Source of the DNA: Acidobacteriota bacterium | Lineage (GTDB): Bacteria; Acidobacteriota; Thermoanaerobaculia; Multivoradales; UBA5704 | Length of the DNA: 64,000 bases | Direction of reading: 5' to 3' | Assembly (NCBI GenBank): GCA_040005235.1 | Contig: JBDTZG010000002.1 | Coordinates: 32,001-96,000 of the forward strand | Shown: in pieces, positions 27,556 to 35,919 of the stretch | Layout: every line of letters starts with the position of its first letter | How positions within the stretch are numbered: position 1 is the stretch's first letter | Translations under genes and position numbers: made by a program | Notes under the pieces: model-generated | Told to the model about the DNA's origin: nothing | Database searches by the model: none | The model's input: only the letters and a program-made list of their open reading frames with translations

Positions 27556-27861
27556 TTACGGCTTGCATCTCCCGTCGGGGTCGAAAGCGCAGCCGCTGTC
27601 TACCGGCGCGGGCGCCGTGCCGCAGCGGCCGTTGGGATCGAAACCGCAGCCGCCTTCTACCGGAGCGGGCGCCGCGCCGCAGCGGCCGTTGGGATCGAAA
27701 CCGCAGCCGCTTTCGGCCCAAAGCGAAGAGAGGACGCCCCGGAGCCAGCCGCCGAAGTCCCAGGGGATCGGAACCGCGGCGGCCGGCGCGGCGGCCGAAA
27801 GCAGGGCGATCAAAGCGGCGGCGAGGGGCAGGACGGACGCCCGAGAACGAAACGTAGACAT
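27556..27861 (-). CDS. Secreted peptide precursor with three GCxFDPxGRC cores
   Basis: GGAGA-like RBS; signal peptide ending APAAA; 19-aa repeats. Confidence 0.85.
   Translation of the reverse strand: MSTFRSRASVLPLAAALIALLSAAAPAAAVPIPWDFGGWLRGVLSSLWAESGCGFDPNGRCGAAPAPVEGGCGFDPNGRCGTAPAPVDSGCAFDPDGRCKP
27565..27714 (-). repeat. 57-bp coding tandem repeat (about 2.6 copies) encoding the peptide cores
   Basis: Units 27658-27714, 27601-27657 and partial 27565-27600. Confidence 0.92.
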
Positions 27862-28014
27862 CGAAAATCTCCTTTTCCAAGGCGCCGTCTACGCCGGCCG
27901 GGACGGCAGGCGCCTGCGCCCTGGCGGAGTATGGAGCGGCCCAGAGTGGAAATCTCCATCGGAACGCCTCGTGGCGGCACGTTTCCTCTTCCAGCCGGGC
28001 GCTAACGAGGCGGC

Positions 28015-28791
28015 ATGACCGATTTCGGGATCGCGGTAGGTTTCCTTCGATCGCTCCGCGGCTGGAGCCGCGAGCAGGTGGCTCGCGCCGCCGGCCTACA
28101 TGCCTCATCGATCGGCCGTCTGGAAAATGGGCGCCGCCCGCGCCCGGGGACGCCGGAGAGGATTCGCAGGGCGTTCGGCCTTTCGCTCGCGACCTGGCAA
28201 CGACTGCTCGACCTGATCGCCGATTGTCGCCATGAGATGTCGTTGGGCTCAGCCCTCGATCCTTCGACCGAGGCGGATCCCCTCGAAGAGACGCTTTCGA
28301 TCCTCGTTCCGCGGATTCTCGCGGCGTTGACGGCACTCCCGTCGGCCTCGGTCAAGGCTACCCCTCCTCCACTCCCCGCCGCCGCCGATCGCAGGCGGGC
28401 CGACGAGCTTTGGGGACGGCTTCGGCCCTTGAGCATGGCGGACCGGAGGGAGTTGATCGCGGTGGGCGAGGAATATTCCTGCTGGGCGCTCGCCGAGCGG
28501 CTCGCCCAAGAGAGCGAGAAGCTCGCGCTCGACCGTTCGGCGGAAGCGCTGGCGCTCGCGGGAATGGCCGATCGGATCGCCGAAACCGCTCCCATGCCGT
28601 CGCGCTTTCGCGCGCGACTGCGAGGCTTGACCACCGCCTATCTGGGTTACGCAAGGCGGGTCGCAGGCCACCTTGAGGGAGCCGAAGCAGCTTTCCGCAG
28701 GTCGGACGAGCTTTGGACGTCGGGAGCCGGGGGCGATCCCGCCGGGTCGCTCGACGACTCCCGGCGGCTTGCCCTTAAGACAAAGCATTAG
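28015..28791 (+). CDS. XRE-HTH regulator, C-terminally truncated paralog of 25982-27451
   Basis: LRSLRGWSREQVA...SIGRLENG; WALAERLAQES and ELWTSGAGGDP align with the paralog; lacks most TPRs. Confidence 0.8.
   Translation: MTDFGIAVGFLRSLRGWSREQVARAAGLHASSIGRLENGRRPRPGTPERIRRAFGLSLATWQRLLDLIADCRHEMSLGSALDPSTEADPLEETLSILVPRILAALTALPSASVKATPPPLPAAADRRRADELWGRLRPLSMADRRELIAVGEEYSCWALAERLAQESEKLALDRSAEALALAGMADRIAETAPMPSRFRARLRGLTTAYLGYARRVAGHLEGAEAAFRRSDELWTSGAGGDPAGSLDDSRRLALKTKH
28707..28785 (+). repeat. 79-bp direct repeat, copy 1 (copy 2 at 30189-30267)
   Basis: Manual alignment, about 10 mismatches. Confidence 0.88.
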
Positions 28792-28862
28792 CCCGAAGTT
28801 CTAGGGTCACGTAAGGCCGAGACGCTGGTGAAAGAGTGCCGCCGCACCGAAAGGGAGGAGCC

Positions 28863-30149
28863 GTGAGCCGAGTCGCAGTTTGCCACCTGCTTTGGGTCCT
28901 GGCGCTGCTCGGGTCACCTTCGGGCGCCCTGGCCGTCCTGTGTACGATCGACGACGTGCCGGCCGCGACGCTGTTGCTGCCGTACTTCGAGGTCGATTTG
29001 AACGACCCGAACGGGATAAATACCCTGATCTCGATCAACAACGCCTCGGCCGATGCGGTCCTGGCCCACGTGGTCCTCTGGACGGACACGTCGGTGCCTA
29101 CCTTCGATTTCAATCTCTATCTGACCGGTTATGACGCCCAGACCGTCAGCCTCCGCGACATCTTCAACGGCACGGTTCCGCTAACCGCCTCGGCGGGGCA
29201 GGACCCGGCGGACGCGATCAGTCCGAAGGGCACGTTCTCGCAGGACGTCAGTTTTGCGAGCTGCACCGGCCAACTGCCGCCGCCACCGATTCCCGATTCC
29301 ATCGTCACCCATCTTCGCGCGTCGCATACTGGGACGTTCTCGGCGATCCTGAACGGCTGCGCGGGTCGGGCCTTCGGCGACCGCATCGCTCGGGGCTATT
29401 TGACGATCGACACGGTCAGCAACTGCACCCTGCGCTTCCCGGGGGATGCCGGCTATTTCGCTTCCGGCGGCACGGGCGACGCGACGAACCAAAATGTCCT
29501 CTGGGGCGACTACATCTACCTCAGTCCGGGCGAGAACTTCGCCCAGGGCGAGACGCTCGTCCACGTGGAGGCCTCGGCCACGAATCCGGAGACCTCGGTT
29601 CCAGGTCAGTACACGTTCTATGGCCGATACGTGAACTGGACGGCGGCGGACAACCGCGAGCCGTTAGGGACGACCTTCGCCGCGCGCTACGTCAACGGCG
29701 GAAGGTTCACCGGGGGTACCGACTTGATCGTCTGGCGCGACTCGAAGGTCGACCAAAGCGCGTTCCGGTGCGGATATTTGCCACCCTGGTATCCGCTCGC
29801 CGAAGAGCGGCTCGTGGTTTTCGACCAGCAGGAGAATGCGGAGCTGCAGCAGACGCCGCCTTTTTCGCCGCCGCCCGGAGGGGGCGATTGGCTGCTCCCT
29901 TTCCCGGCTGAGGCGCAGCGCACGGCGATTGACGGCGAAGATTTTCCGGTGTCGTTCAACTTCGGCTGGATCTACTTGGATCTGAACACCTTCGTGATCG
30001 CGGCCGGTTTCAACCCGGCGAAAGATCCGGCCGCGGAACAGGCCTGGGTGACGGTGGTGATGGACGCCTCCGGTCGGTTCAGCGTAGGGTACGACGCGAT
30101 TCAGCTCGACAGCGCCTGCCGCGTCGATCACACGCTGATCGGCGGCTGA
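28863..30149 (+). CDS. Secreted Cys-containing beta-rich hypothetical protein
   Basis: GGAGG RBS + GTG 28863; signal peptide ...SGALA-V; CTIDDVPAATLLLPYFEVDL N-terminus; strong GC3 bias. Confidence 0.85.
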   Translation: MSRVAVCHLLWVLALLGSPSGALAVLCTIDDVPAATLLLPYFEVDLNDPNGINTLISINNASADAVLAHVVLWTDTSVPTFDFNLYLTGYDAQTVSLRDIFNGTVPLTASAGQDPADAISPKGTFSQDVSFASCTGQLPPPPIPDSIVTHLRASHTGTFSAILNGCAGRAFGDRIARGYLTIDTVSNCTLRFPGDAGYFASGGTGDATNQNVLWGDYIYLSPGENFAQGETLVHVEASATNPETSVPGQYTFYGRYVNWTAADNREPLGTTFAARYVNGGRFTGGTDLIVWRDSKVDQSAFRCGYLPPWYPLAEERLVVFDQQENAELQQTPPFSPPPGGGDWLLPFPAEAQRTAIDGEDFPVSFNFGWIYLDLNTFVIAAGFNPAKDPAAEQAWVTVVMDASGRFSVGYDAIQLDSACRVDHTLIGG

Positions 30150-30188
30150 AACCGCGCCGAAATCACCGGCGCGGTCGCTTCAGGCCTT

Positions 30189-30267
30189 CGAGCTCTGGAC
30201 GTCGGGAGCCGGGGGCAATCCCGCCGGACTGCTCGACGGGTCCCGGCGGCTTGCCCTGAGGGCAAAG
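30189..30267 (+). repeat. 79-bp direct repeat, copy 2 (relic of an HTH-TPR gene segment)
   Basis: Translates ELWTSGAGGNPAGLLDGSRRLALRAK. Confidence 0.88.
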
Positions 30268-30476
30268 GGACTCCCAGGAGAGGAAGTCACGAGGCTCGCG
30301 GATTCTCTCAGCGCCTAAGGGCTGAAGGCGAAAGCAGGTCAGGAATGGCGGGGACCTCGGGGGCCGTCGAAAGCCTTCGGCCCGCCATCGGTTCAGTCAG
30401 CCTCCGCGGCTGGCCGCAGGACACCCTGGCCCATGAGGAACCGAATCTCGGCGAGATTTGGCGCTATTCTTTTTCC

Positions 30477-30644
30477 ATGGACGCGCCCGATTACCTGATG
30501 TGCCTGGAGTGCGGCAGCCCTTGCTACGTCTTCGAATGGGAGGGGGAGCGGCTGGTCGAAGCGGTTTGTGCCGCCTGCGGCAATGAAGATCTGCCCCTGT
30601 TCGTCACCCCGGAGGAGTTCGAAGAACAGATGACGGGGGGGTGA
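30477..30644 (+). CDS. Small zinc-ribbon-like protein
   Basis: MDAPDYLMCLEC...CAACGNE, two CxxC motifs. Confidence 0.7.
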   Translation: MDAPDYLMCLECGSPCYVFEWEGERLVEAVCAACGNEDLPLFVTPEEFEEQMTGG

Positions 30645-32121
30645 GGGGGCGGCTTCCGCCGACACCGCCGACACCGCTGAACCTCGGCGCGGGGAGCGGC
30701 GCGGCTTCAGTGCCGGGTACGGCGAGGGGCAGCAGCACGGTGACCGTCGTTCCTTGGTTCGGATCGTTCGGCCGGCTGTCGATCCGCACCGAGCCGCCGT
30801 GCGCCTTGGCGATCCGGTCGACGATCGCCAGACCTAGGCCGGTCCCCCCTTTGCGGGTCGAATAGAAAAGGTCGAAGATCTTCGGCAGCTCGTCGGCCGG
30901 AATGCCGATCCCGTTGTCGGAGACCGCGACCGCCACCTGCCGTCCGTCCGTCCGCTCCGATCGCCCCGGCTCGGCGAAGTCGACGGTGAGCGCGAGCAAG
31001 GGCCGCCGGGAGAGCTCCTCGGTGGCGCCCAGGGCGTTTTGCGCGAGATTCAAAAGCAGCTGGGTCATCTGGCTCGGGTCGACGCTGATGAGCGCACCGC
31101 CCGAACGGTCCTCCACCCGCACCTGGGCGCCCCGGCGTTGGATTTCGCCGCCGAGGATCTCCGCCACCTTCTCGCAAAGGGCGACCGCAGGCATCTCGGT
31201 CCGGTCCAGCGCGCGCGGCTTCGCATAGGAAAGGAAGTCGGTCACGAGGCGCTCCAAGCGGCCGATCTCGGAGCGGGTGATCGCGAGCAGGCGTTTGCCC
31301 GTCGATGCCCCCGACCGGTCGTCGATCTCCTCCTCCAGCATCTGCATGTTGAGGCTCAGCGAGTTGAGCGGGTTCCTGATCTCGTGAGCGAGGCCTGAGG
31401 CAAGCGTGCCGATGTAAGCGAGCCGTTCGGCTTCTGCGGCCTGAACTTCCAGGCGCCGGGCGCGCCGCAGCAGGGTGAGGATGATCGCGTAGGCCGAGCC
31501 GATCAGGGCGATCGTGAGAGCGCTGATCAAGCCGGTCTGGCGGATCAGCTCGGAGCGCAGCGAGCGGGTCCGCTTCGCCAGCTCGCTCTGGGAGATGCCG
31601 ATCTCGATCACCCCGAGCGAGCCGATCGGCACCCGCACGTTCGGTGCGTCGGCCGAAGCAGCGGTGGGCGAGGTCACCGGTGCCTCGAAACGGCGTTCGG
31701 TGACCCGCCGCCGCGGGGCACCGCGCGGCAACTCGGCCGAGCCGAGGAGAGGGCCGCGCGGGTCGAACAGTTGCGTTCGCCGCTGGTCGCGCAGCACCAA
31801 GACGCCGTTCTTGTCGCGGATTTCGACCGTGCGCACGATGTCGCGCCGTGCCAGGATCGAGTCGATGTAGGTCTGAGTCTCCTGCTCGACCGCGACCGCG
31901 GTGAACAGATTCTTGTGGATCTCGGCGTTCTTGGCGATCTGCTGGGCCAAGTTTTCCGCCTCGGTTCGGGTCTCGACCAGCGCGCGCTGGATCTCCCTTT
32001 CGGAGAGCGAGCGGAACATCAGCCAGCCGAACAGGGCAATGTCCAGGAGCAGGAAAATTCCGAAGGCCACGGTGGCCAGCAACAAGCGGCGCGAGGTGAG
32101 CGAGGCGGGGACCTTCGTCAT
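30604..32121 (-). CDS. Membrane sensor histidine kinase
   Basis: LAHEIRNPL H-box, NLAQNA, DNGIGI, GTGLGL; two TM segments. Confidence 0.95.
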   Translation of the reverse strand: MTKVPASLTSRRLLLATVAFGIFLLLDIALFGWLMFRSLSEREIQRALVETRTEAENLAQQIAKNAEIHKNLFTAVAVEQETQTYIDSILARRDIVRTVEIRDKNGVLVLRDQRRTQLFDPRGPLLGSAELPRGAPRRRVTERRFEAPVTSPTAASADAPNVRVPIGSLGVIEIGISQSELAKRTRSLRSELIRQTGLISALTIALIGSAYAIILTLLRRARRLEVQAAEAERLAYIGTLASGLAHEIRNPLNSLSLNMQMLEEEIDDRSGASTGKRLLAITRSEIGRLERLVTDFLSYAKPRALDRTEMPAVALCEKVAEILGGEIQRRGAQVRVEDRSGGALISVDPSQMTQLLLNLAQNALGATEELSRRPLLALTVDFAEPGRSERTDGRQVAVAVSDNGIGIPADELPKIFDLFYSTRKGGTGLGLAIVDRIAKAHGGSVRIDSRPNDPNQGTTVTVLLPLAVPGTEAAPLPAPRFSGVGGVGGSRPLTPPSSVLRTPPG

Positions 32122-32210
32122 CTAGATAAGGATAGCACCGGGCCGAGCCCTCCCCGGTCTGTTAGCATGCCCGCCGGATCGCCACCCTTTGGGAGTTGTT
32201 CGGGCTCGCT

Positions 32211-33887
32211 ATGAAGAAGAATCCAACGTTCTCGCCAGGGCTTCGGCGTGCGGCGGTCTCGCTCGCCCTTTCGGCGCTCATCCTGTTGCTGACTTCTTGC
32301 CGTCCCACGGAAGAATCGTCGACCGCCGCCCGGAGTGCCACGCCGCAAAACGGCGGCAGCGTCGCGATCGCCTGGAGCAACGACATCGCGGGGGTCAACG
32401 AGACGATCGTGCCGTCGTCGAACGCCACCAACGACGTCCTGTTCCAGATTTTCGACCATCTGGTTGAAGAACAGCCGGATTTTACCGAGCATGCGCCGAC
32501 CTTGGCGCCGCAGCTCGCCAAATCCTGGGAAGCGTCGGAAGACAGGAAGTCGATCACCTTCCACCTGGAGGAAAAGGCGGTCTGGAGCGATGGCGTGCCG
32601 ATGACCGCCGAGGACGTCCGCTTCTCCTGGCAGGCGCAGAGCAGCCCGGACGTCGGCTACGGCGACGCCAACGCCAAGCGATACATCACCGACGTCGAGG
32701 TGGTCGATCCACATACCGCCCGCTTCCATTTTTCCCGCGCCTACGCCAAGCAGATGCTGGACGCCAATGAAGGCTTGATCCTGCCCAAGCACGCCTGGTC
32801 GGCCCTGCCGTTCAAAGAATGGCGCAAGAGCGCCGACTGGTTCCGCGATCATCTGGTGACCAGCGGTCCGTTCCTCCTCGCCTCCTGGAAACCGCAACAG
32901 GAGATCGTGCTGACGAAGAACCCGCGCTATTTTCAGCCCGGGCGTCCGCGCCTCGATCGCGCGGTCCTGCGCATCGTTCCTGAGGCTACCAGCGAGGTCG
33001 CCCAGCTGCTCGCGGGCGAAGTCGATTTCGCCACCAACCCGCAGCCGACCGATGCTCCGCGGATCGAGGCGGACAAGAAGCTGGAGCTGCTCGCAATTCC
33101 GTTCCGCAACTTCGTCTTCGTCGCTTGGAACAACCAGCGCGAGCCGTTTCGCGATCCGGAAATCCGGCGCGCGCTCACCCTCGCGATCGATCGCCGGAAG
33201 ATCGTCGACACGCTTTGGGGTCAGTACGCCAACCTCGCCGTTTCGCCGATCCTGTCGTTCATGTGGGCGCACGATAAATCGATCCAGGGCCTGCCGTTCG
33301 ATCCGGCCGAGGCGAGGAAAATCCTCGCCGCAAAGGGCTTCAAGGATACCGACGGCGATGGCGTGATCGAACGCAACGGCAAGCCGTTCCGCTTCGAGCT
33401 GACGACCAATGCCGGCAACCAGCAGCGGGTCGACTCGACGGTGATGATCCAGGCTCAGCTCGCGGCCGTCGGCATCGCCGCCGTGCCGCGGATCGTCGAG
33501 TTCAACGCGTTGTCCGCGAAGCTCGACGAAGGCGACTACGACAGCGTGATCATCGGGTTGGGGATGGATACCAGCCTCGACCTCACCACCCTGCTGCACA
33601 GCCGCTCGATCGGCAACGGCAACAACCTCGCGCGCTACTCGAACCCGGAGGTGGACCGGCTGATCGACGAAGCGGCCGGTGTGCCCAGCGTCGACGCGAT
33701 GGTGCCGCGAGTGCGGCAGATCGAACGGATTTTGGAGCACGATCAGCCGGCCACGTTCCTGTGGGAGTCCAAACGGCTGATGGGGTTGAATCGGCGCATC
33801 CGCGATGCCAAGCCCAGCCCGATCTTCATGCTCTGGAACCTGCGCGACTGGTGGGTCGAGCCGGCCCCGGCCGCCGCCCGGCGCTGA
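32211..33887 (+). CDS. Peptide/nickel ABC transporter substrate-binding lipoprotein (family 5)
   Basis: Lipobox LTSC; LAKSWE, WSDGVPMTAEDV, SGPF, IRRALTLAIDR. Confidence 0.93.
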   Translation: MKKNPTFSPGLRRAAVSLALSALILLLTSCRPTEESSTAARSATPQNGGSVAIAWSNDIAGVNETIVPSSNATNDVLFQIFDHLVEEQPDFTEHAPTLAPQLAKSWEASEDRKSITFHLEEKAVWSDGVPMTAEDVRFSWQAQSSPDVGYGDANAKRYITDVEVVDPHTARFHFSRAYAKQMLDANEGLILPKHAWSALPFKEWRKSADWFRDHLVTSGPFLLASWKPQQEIVLTKNPRYFQPGRPRLDRAVLRIVPEATSEVAQLLAGEVDFATNPQPTDAPRIEADKKLELLAIPFRNFVFVAWNNQREPFRDPEIRRALTLAIDRRKIVDTLWGQYANLAVSPILSFMWAHDKSIQGLPFDPAEARKILAAKGFKDTDGDGVIERNGKPFRFELTTNAGNQQRVDSTVMIQAQLAAVGIAAVPRIVEFNALSAKLDEGDYDSVIIGLGMDTSLDLTTLLHSRSIGNGNNLARYSNPEVDRLIDEAAGVPSVDAMVPRVRQIERILEHDQPATFLWESKRLMGLNRRIRDAKPSPIFMLWNLRDWWVEPAPAAARR

Positions 33888-33915
33888 GGCCGCGTTTTCC
33901 GGTCGCCCCGCCGCC

Positions 33916-34902
33916 GTGATCTCGTTCCTCGTGCGCCGGCTCGGCGCGTCGGTTCTCCTCCTTTGGCTGGTGCTCTCGGCCGTCTTCTTCATTGCCCACG
34001 CGACGCCGGGAGATCCCTCCAAACTATTCGAAGACTCGCGCCTGACGGCGGCCCAAGCGGCGAATCTGCGGCGGATCTACGGCCTCGACCGGCCGCTGAT
34101 CGAGCAGTACGCCCTTTGGCTCAAGGCGGCGGTCCACGGCGATTGGGGGATCTCGATGGTGCAGAACCGCCCGGTGGCAGAGATCCTCGGCGAAGCGGTC
34201 CTGCCCACTTTCGCGCTCGCCACGTCGGCCCTCGCGATCCAGCTCGGCGTCGGCTTTCTGTTCGGCGTCGCCGGGGCGCTCCGCCGTGAACGGCCGCTCG
34301 ATCACGTGCTGCGCGTGCTGTCTCTAATCTTTTTCTCGTTGCCGGTGTTCTGGCTCAGCCTGATGGCGATTCTCCTGTTCGCCGTCCATTGGCCGCTCTT
34401 CCCGGCCGGCGGCATGCGGTCGATCGGCGCGGAATCGCTGTCGCCGCTCGCCCGAGCGCGCGATTTGGTCTGGCACCTCGTCCTGCCCGCTTCGGTCCTA
34501 GGCCTCGCCTTTTCAGGCTTTCTCGCCCGCTACGTCCGCGGCAGCCTGCTGGAGGCGCTCGGCCAGGAGCACATCCGGATGGCGCGGGCGCGCGGGATTT
34601 CCGAACGGCGGATCCTGGGGGTCCATGCCCTCCGCTATGCGCTTTCGCCGGTGATCCAAATTCTCGGGCTGACGATCCCGGCGCTGCTTTCCGGCTCGCT
34701 GATCACCGAGGTGGTCTTCTCCTGGCCGGGGCTCGGGCGGGTTGGATTCGAAGCCGTGACCGGACGCGACTATCCGGTCATCCTGGCGACCACCGCATTT
34801 GCGGCGACCCTGGTGATCCTCTTCAACCTGATCGCCGATCTGACTCTTGCCGCGGTCGATCCTCGCGTGCGCGACGCGCAAGCCACCCGGGCCGCGGCGT
34901 AG
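33916..34902 (+). CDS. Peptide ABC transporter permease (DppB/OppB-like)
   Basis: YGLDRPLIEQY, ARARGIS, EVVFSWPGLG, RDYPV. Confidence 0.93.
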   Translation: MISFLVRRLGASVLLLWLVLSAVFFIAHATPGDPSKLFEDSRLTAAQAANLRRIYGLDRPLIEQYALWLKAAVHGDWGISMVQNRPVAEILGEAVLPTFALATSALAIQLGVGFLFGVAGALRRERPLDHVLRVLSLIFFSLPVFWLSLMAILLFAVHWPLFPAGGMRSIGAESLSPLARARDLVWHLVLPASVLGLAFSGFLARYVRGSLLEALGQEHIRMARARGISERRILGVHALRYALSPVIQILGLTIPALLSGSLITEVVFSWPGLGRVGFEAVTGRDYPVILATTAFAATLVILFNLIADLTLAAVDPRVRDAQATRAAA

Positions 34903-34911
34903 GACGACGCG

Positions 34912-35907
34912 ATGCCGATGGGCAAGATGAGCGCCACGCTACGTCTGGGTATCGCCTCGGTGGGCCTGATCGGTGCGGTGGCGCTCGGCGCTCCTTGGCT
35001 CGCGCCGTACGATCCGAACGAGCAGCTCGACTCCTCCGCCGCGTTCTTGAAACCGCCGGGAACCCGGCTCGCCGCGATCCATCGGGTCGATGGAGGTTGG
35101 CTGCTCGCCGAAAGCGTGCGCCGGACCCCCGAAGGGCTGGAGGCGGTCCGTCGCGGCGAGACCGTTCGGTTCGCCGCCGCCGAAATCCAAAACCTCACGG
35201 CCGACGGGGTCGCGGACTCCAGGGTTTTCCGCCTGGGCTCCGATCGCTTCGGTCGCGACTTGCTCTCCCGGTTGATTTACGGCGCGCGGGTTTCGTCGGT
35301 GATCGCCATCCTGACCACCGCACTCGCGCTCACCCTGGGCCTCGCGGTGGGCTCGCTCGCGGCGCTCGGAGGCGGCATCCTGGATGCCGTCTTGATGCGC
35401 ATCGTCGACGCCCTGCTCGCTTTTCCCGATCTTTTCCTCCTGGTGGCACTCGCCGCTCTATTTCGCCCCAGCGATGCGCTGGTGGTCGTGGTTCTGGCGG
35501 CGGTGAACTGGATGTCGGTCGCGCGGGTCGCGCGGGCACAGCTGCTGGCCTTGAAGGAACGCGAGTTCGTGCTCGCCGCGCGCGGAATGGGTCGAAGTTG
35601 GCTCGGCATCTGGTGGGATCACCTGTTGCCCAACGCGCTCGGGCCGATCCTCGTTCAGGCCGCTCTGATCGCTGGCTCGACGATCCTGATCGAAGCGGTG
35701 CTCTCGTTCCTCGGGTTGGGCATCCAGCCGCCGCGCGCGAGCTGGGGCAACATGATCGCCGAGGGGCAGAATCTCCTCTCGTCGGCTTGGTGGATCGCCA
35801 CATTTCCCGGGATCGCGATCTGTATCGCGGTGATCTCGTTCCACCTCGTGGGCGACGGCCTGCGCGACCGGTTCGATCCGCGTCTGCGAACGACCGCCGA
35901 CGGCTGA
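34912..35907 (+). CDS. Peptide ABC transporter permease (DppC/OppC-like)
   Basis: LGSDRFGRDLLSRLIYGAR, EFVLAARGMG, LSFLGLG, GDGLRDRFDP. Confidence 0.93.
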   Translation: MPMGKMSATLRLGIASVGLIGAVALGAPWLAPYDPNEQLDSSAAFLKPPGTRLAAIHRVDGGWLLAESVRRTPEGLEAVRRGETVRFAAAEIQNLTADGVADSRVFRLGSDRFGRDLLSRLIYGARVSSVIAILTTALALTLGLAVGSLAALGGGILDAVLMRIVDALLAFPDLFLLVALAALFRPSDALVVVVLAAVNWMSVARVARAQLLALKEREFVLAARGMGRSWLGIWWDHLLPNALGPILVQAALIAGSTILIEAVLSFLGLGIQPPRASWGNMIAEGQNLLSSAWWIATFPGIAICIAVISFHLVGDGLRDRFDPRLRTTADG

Positions 35908-35919
35908 GCCTCGACGACC

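Noticed and set aside
27563-28018. Plus-strand repeat ORF (PQRPLGSKPQP) over the peptide gene
   Set aside because: Antisense to the ORF that has an RBS, signal peptide and conserved Cys cores
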